A DNA stretch of 64,000 nt from Eledone cirrhosa. Its lineage: Eukaryota. The first letter of the stretch is position 1. Each line of letters begins with the position of its first letter. The notes beneath the pieces are model-generated. The model was not told the origin of the DNA and did not search any database. It worked only from the letters and a program-made list of their open reading frames with translations. The position numbers and the translations under genes are program-made. This document shows positions 62,637-64,000 of this stretch, in pieces. The DNA lies in contig OZ024755.1 of NCBI GenBank assembly GCA_964016885.1, positions 5,270,001 through 5,334,000 of the forward strand. The letters are read 5' to 3'.

Positions 62637-63884
62637 ATATATATAAATATATATATGTGTCTATATATATATACAGAGAGAGAGAGAGATACCATAGAGG
62701 ATAGATTGATAGACAAAAGAAGAGATATGCAATAGAAGATGTATAGAGAGATGCAATAGAAGATGTATAGAGAGATGCAATAGAAGATGTATAGAGAGAT
62801 GCAATGCTCCGATAGGAAGGTTTTGGAAATATCAAGTGTCGGTACATGACTAAAAAGAAATAGAAAAGATCTGTAAAGCAGATCAGTTTTAGTTGCCAAC
62901 TATTTTTTTTAAAAAAGAAAGCTGACATAGAACGACACAGCAGTGCCCCAGCATGGCCACAGTTTAATGATAGAAACAAGTAAAAGAATAGAAATGTATT
63001 ATAAAATATTTCAGTTAATTCAGAAGACTCGCCTTCCCATGTGAACATGTTGAAACATACATCAAGTATGGACCCCTCTTACAACCCTTCCATACACCTC
63101 CCATGTCATAACACTCCACCCTTTACTAACAGCCTCACCCCCAGTCTACACTGTAAAGTGGTCATGTAGGTGTCATAAGAAAAAGTGCCCAGCCCACACT
63201 GTAAAGTGGTCGTTTGGGTGCCATGATATAAGGCACCCAGGACAGAATGTAAATGTGGTTGGCATTAGCAAGGGCACCCAGCTGTAGTAAACAAACCAGA
63301 AGAAACAGTTCTATATGAACAAGACACAGTCATTTGATCTGACTTGCCTCAAATGGGACAGCTGGTCTAACCCATGCCAGCAAACTCCCCAATTTTACAT
63401 ATCAAAGTGAGCTTGGCGTAGATAATTTGAATTGAAAAGTTATACAGGTATTAAATAAAAAAATTCTAGCCACCCTAAAACTAAAAAGCCCAGTTGAGGA
63501 CGCAAATAAATTGCTATGGCCAGCGCTGGTGGAGTCTCTTACTGCAGGGGGCTCAGCCGCCCCCTTTGCTCTCATTAAATTCGACCCTGACTGTGGTAAT
63601 TGTTCTATTTCTTCACACTCTGTGTTCAAAATCTTGCCAAGTTCAACACTGCTCTGCGTCATTCTGAGGTCAATAATATAAAGTTCTGGGGGTTAATTTA
63701 CTCAACTTTACCCTTCCCCTTAAATTTGTGACCTTGTGCCAAAATTAAAAATCAATATTGAAGTATGACATGAAAATACAAACTAAAACTAAACAAAATC
63801 TACCTGAAAGTATACTTCGGGTACAAGCCGAAGCTGAAGTATATAGACAATATGCCCCCACCCCCACCCCCTCCCAAGTGGTCG

Positions 63885-64000
63885 TGGAGGTGCCACGGCA
63901 AAAAAAGCACCCAGCCCACACTGTAAAGTGGACGTATAGGCGCCAACCCGTCTAACCCATGCTAGCGTGGAAGAACAGACGTAAAACGGTGATGATGATG
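63885..64000 (+). mobile_element. SINE 3' end with RTE-like tail
   Basis: GGTGCCACGGCAAAAAAAGCACCCAGCCCACACTGTAAAGTGG...CCCGTCTAACCCATGCTAGCGTGGAA...GATGATGATG. Confidence 0.65.

Overview
This is an AT-rich, repeat-dominated metazoan genomic window. The SINE and LINE families and the extreme (TA)n/(CA)n content point to a coleoid cephalopod such as Octopus; that assignment is inferred from family motifs, not from a search. Almost all listed ORFs are translation artefacts of microsatellites and minisatellites. Supportable content: (i) the 3' part of an unidentified minus-strand protein-coding gene, with well-formed exons at 45139-45282 and 44281-44450, candidate small exons at about 52.25 kb and 50.2 kb, and a possible alternative last exon at about 46.9 kb; (ii) many tRNA-derived SINE copies (Meta-domain-like, CORE-like and RTE-tailed); (iii) a 5'-truncated CR1-group LINE end and an RTE fragment; (iv) two piggyBac-type MITEs; (v) about 15 tandem arrays, including a roughly 9.6 kb domain-structured (TA)n array. 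The most notable content is (vi): at least six families of short (TA)n-anchored, fold-back elements that look like Penelope-like element (PLE) pLTR remnants. They carry canonical, degenerate and non-canonical hammerhead ribozyme (HHR) motifs. No prokaryotic features, CRISPR arrays, rRNA or intact tRNA genes were seen.
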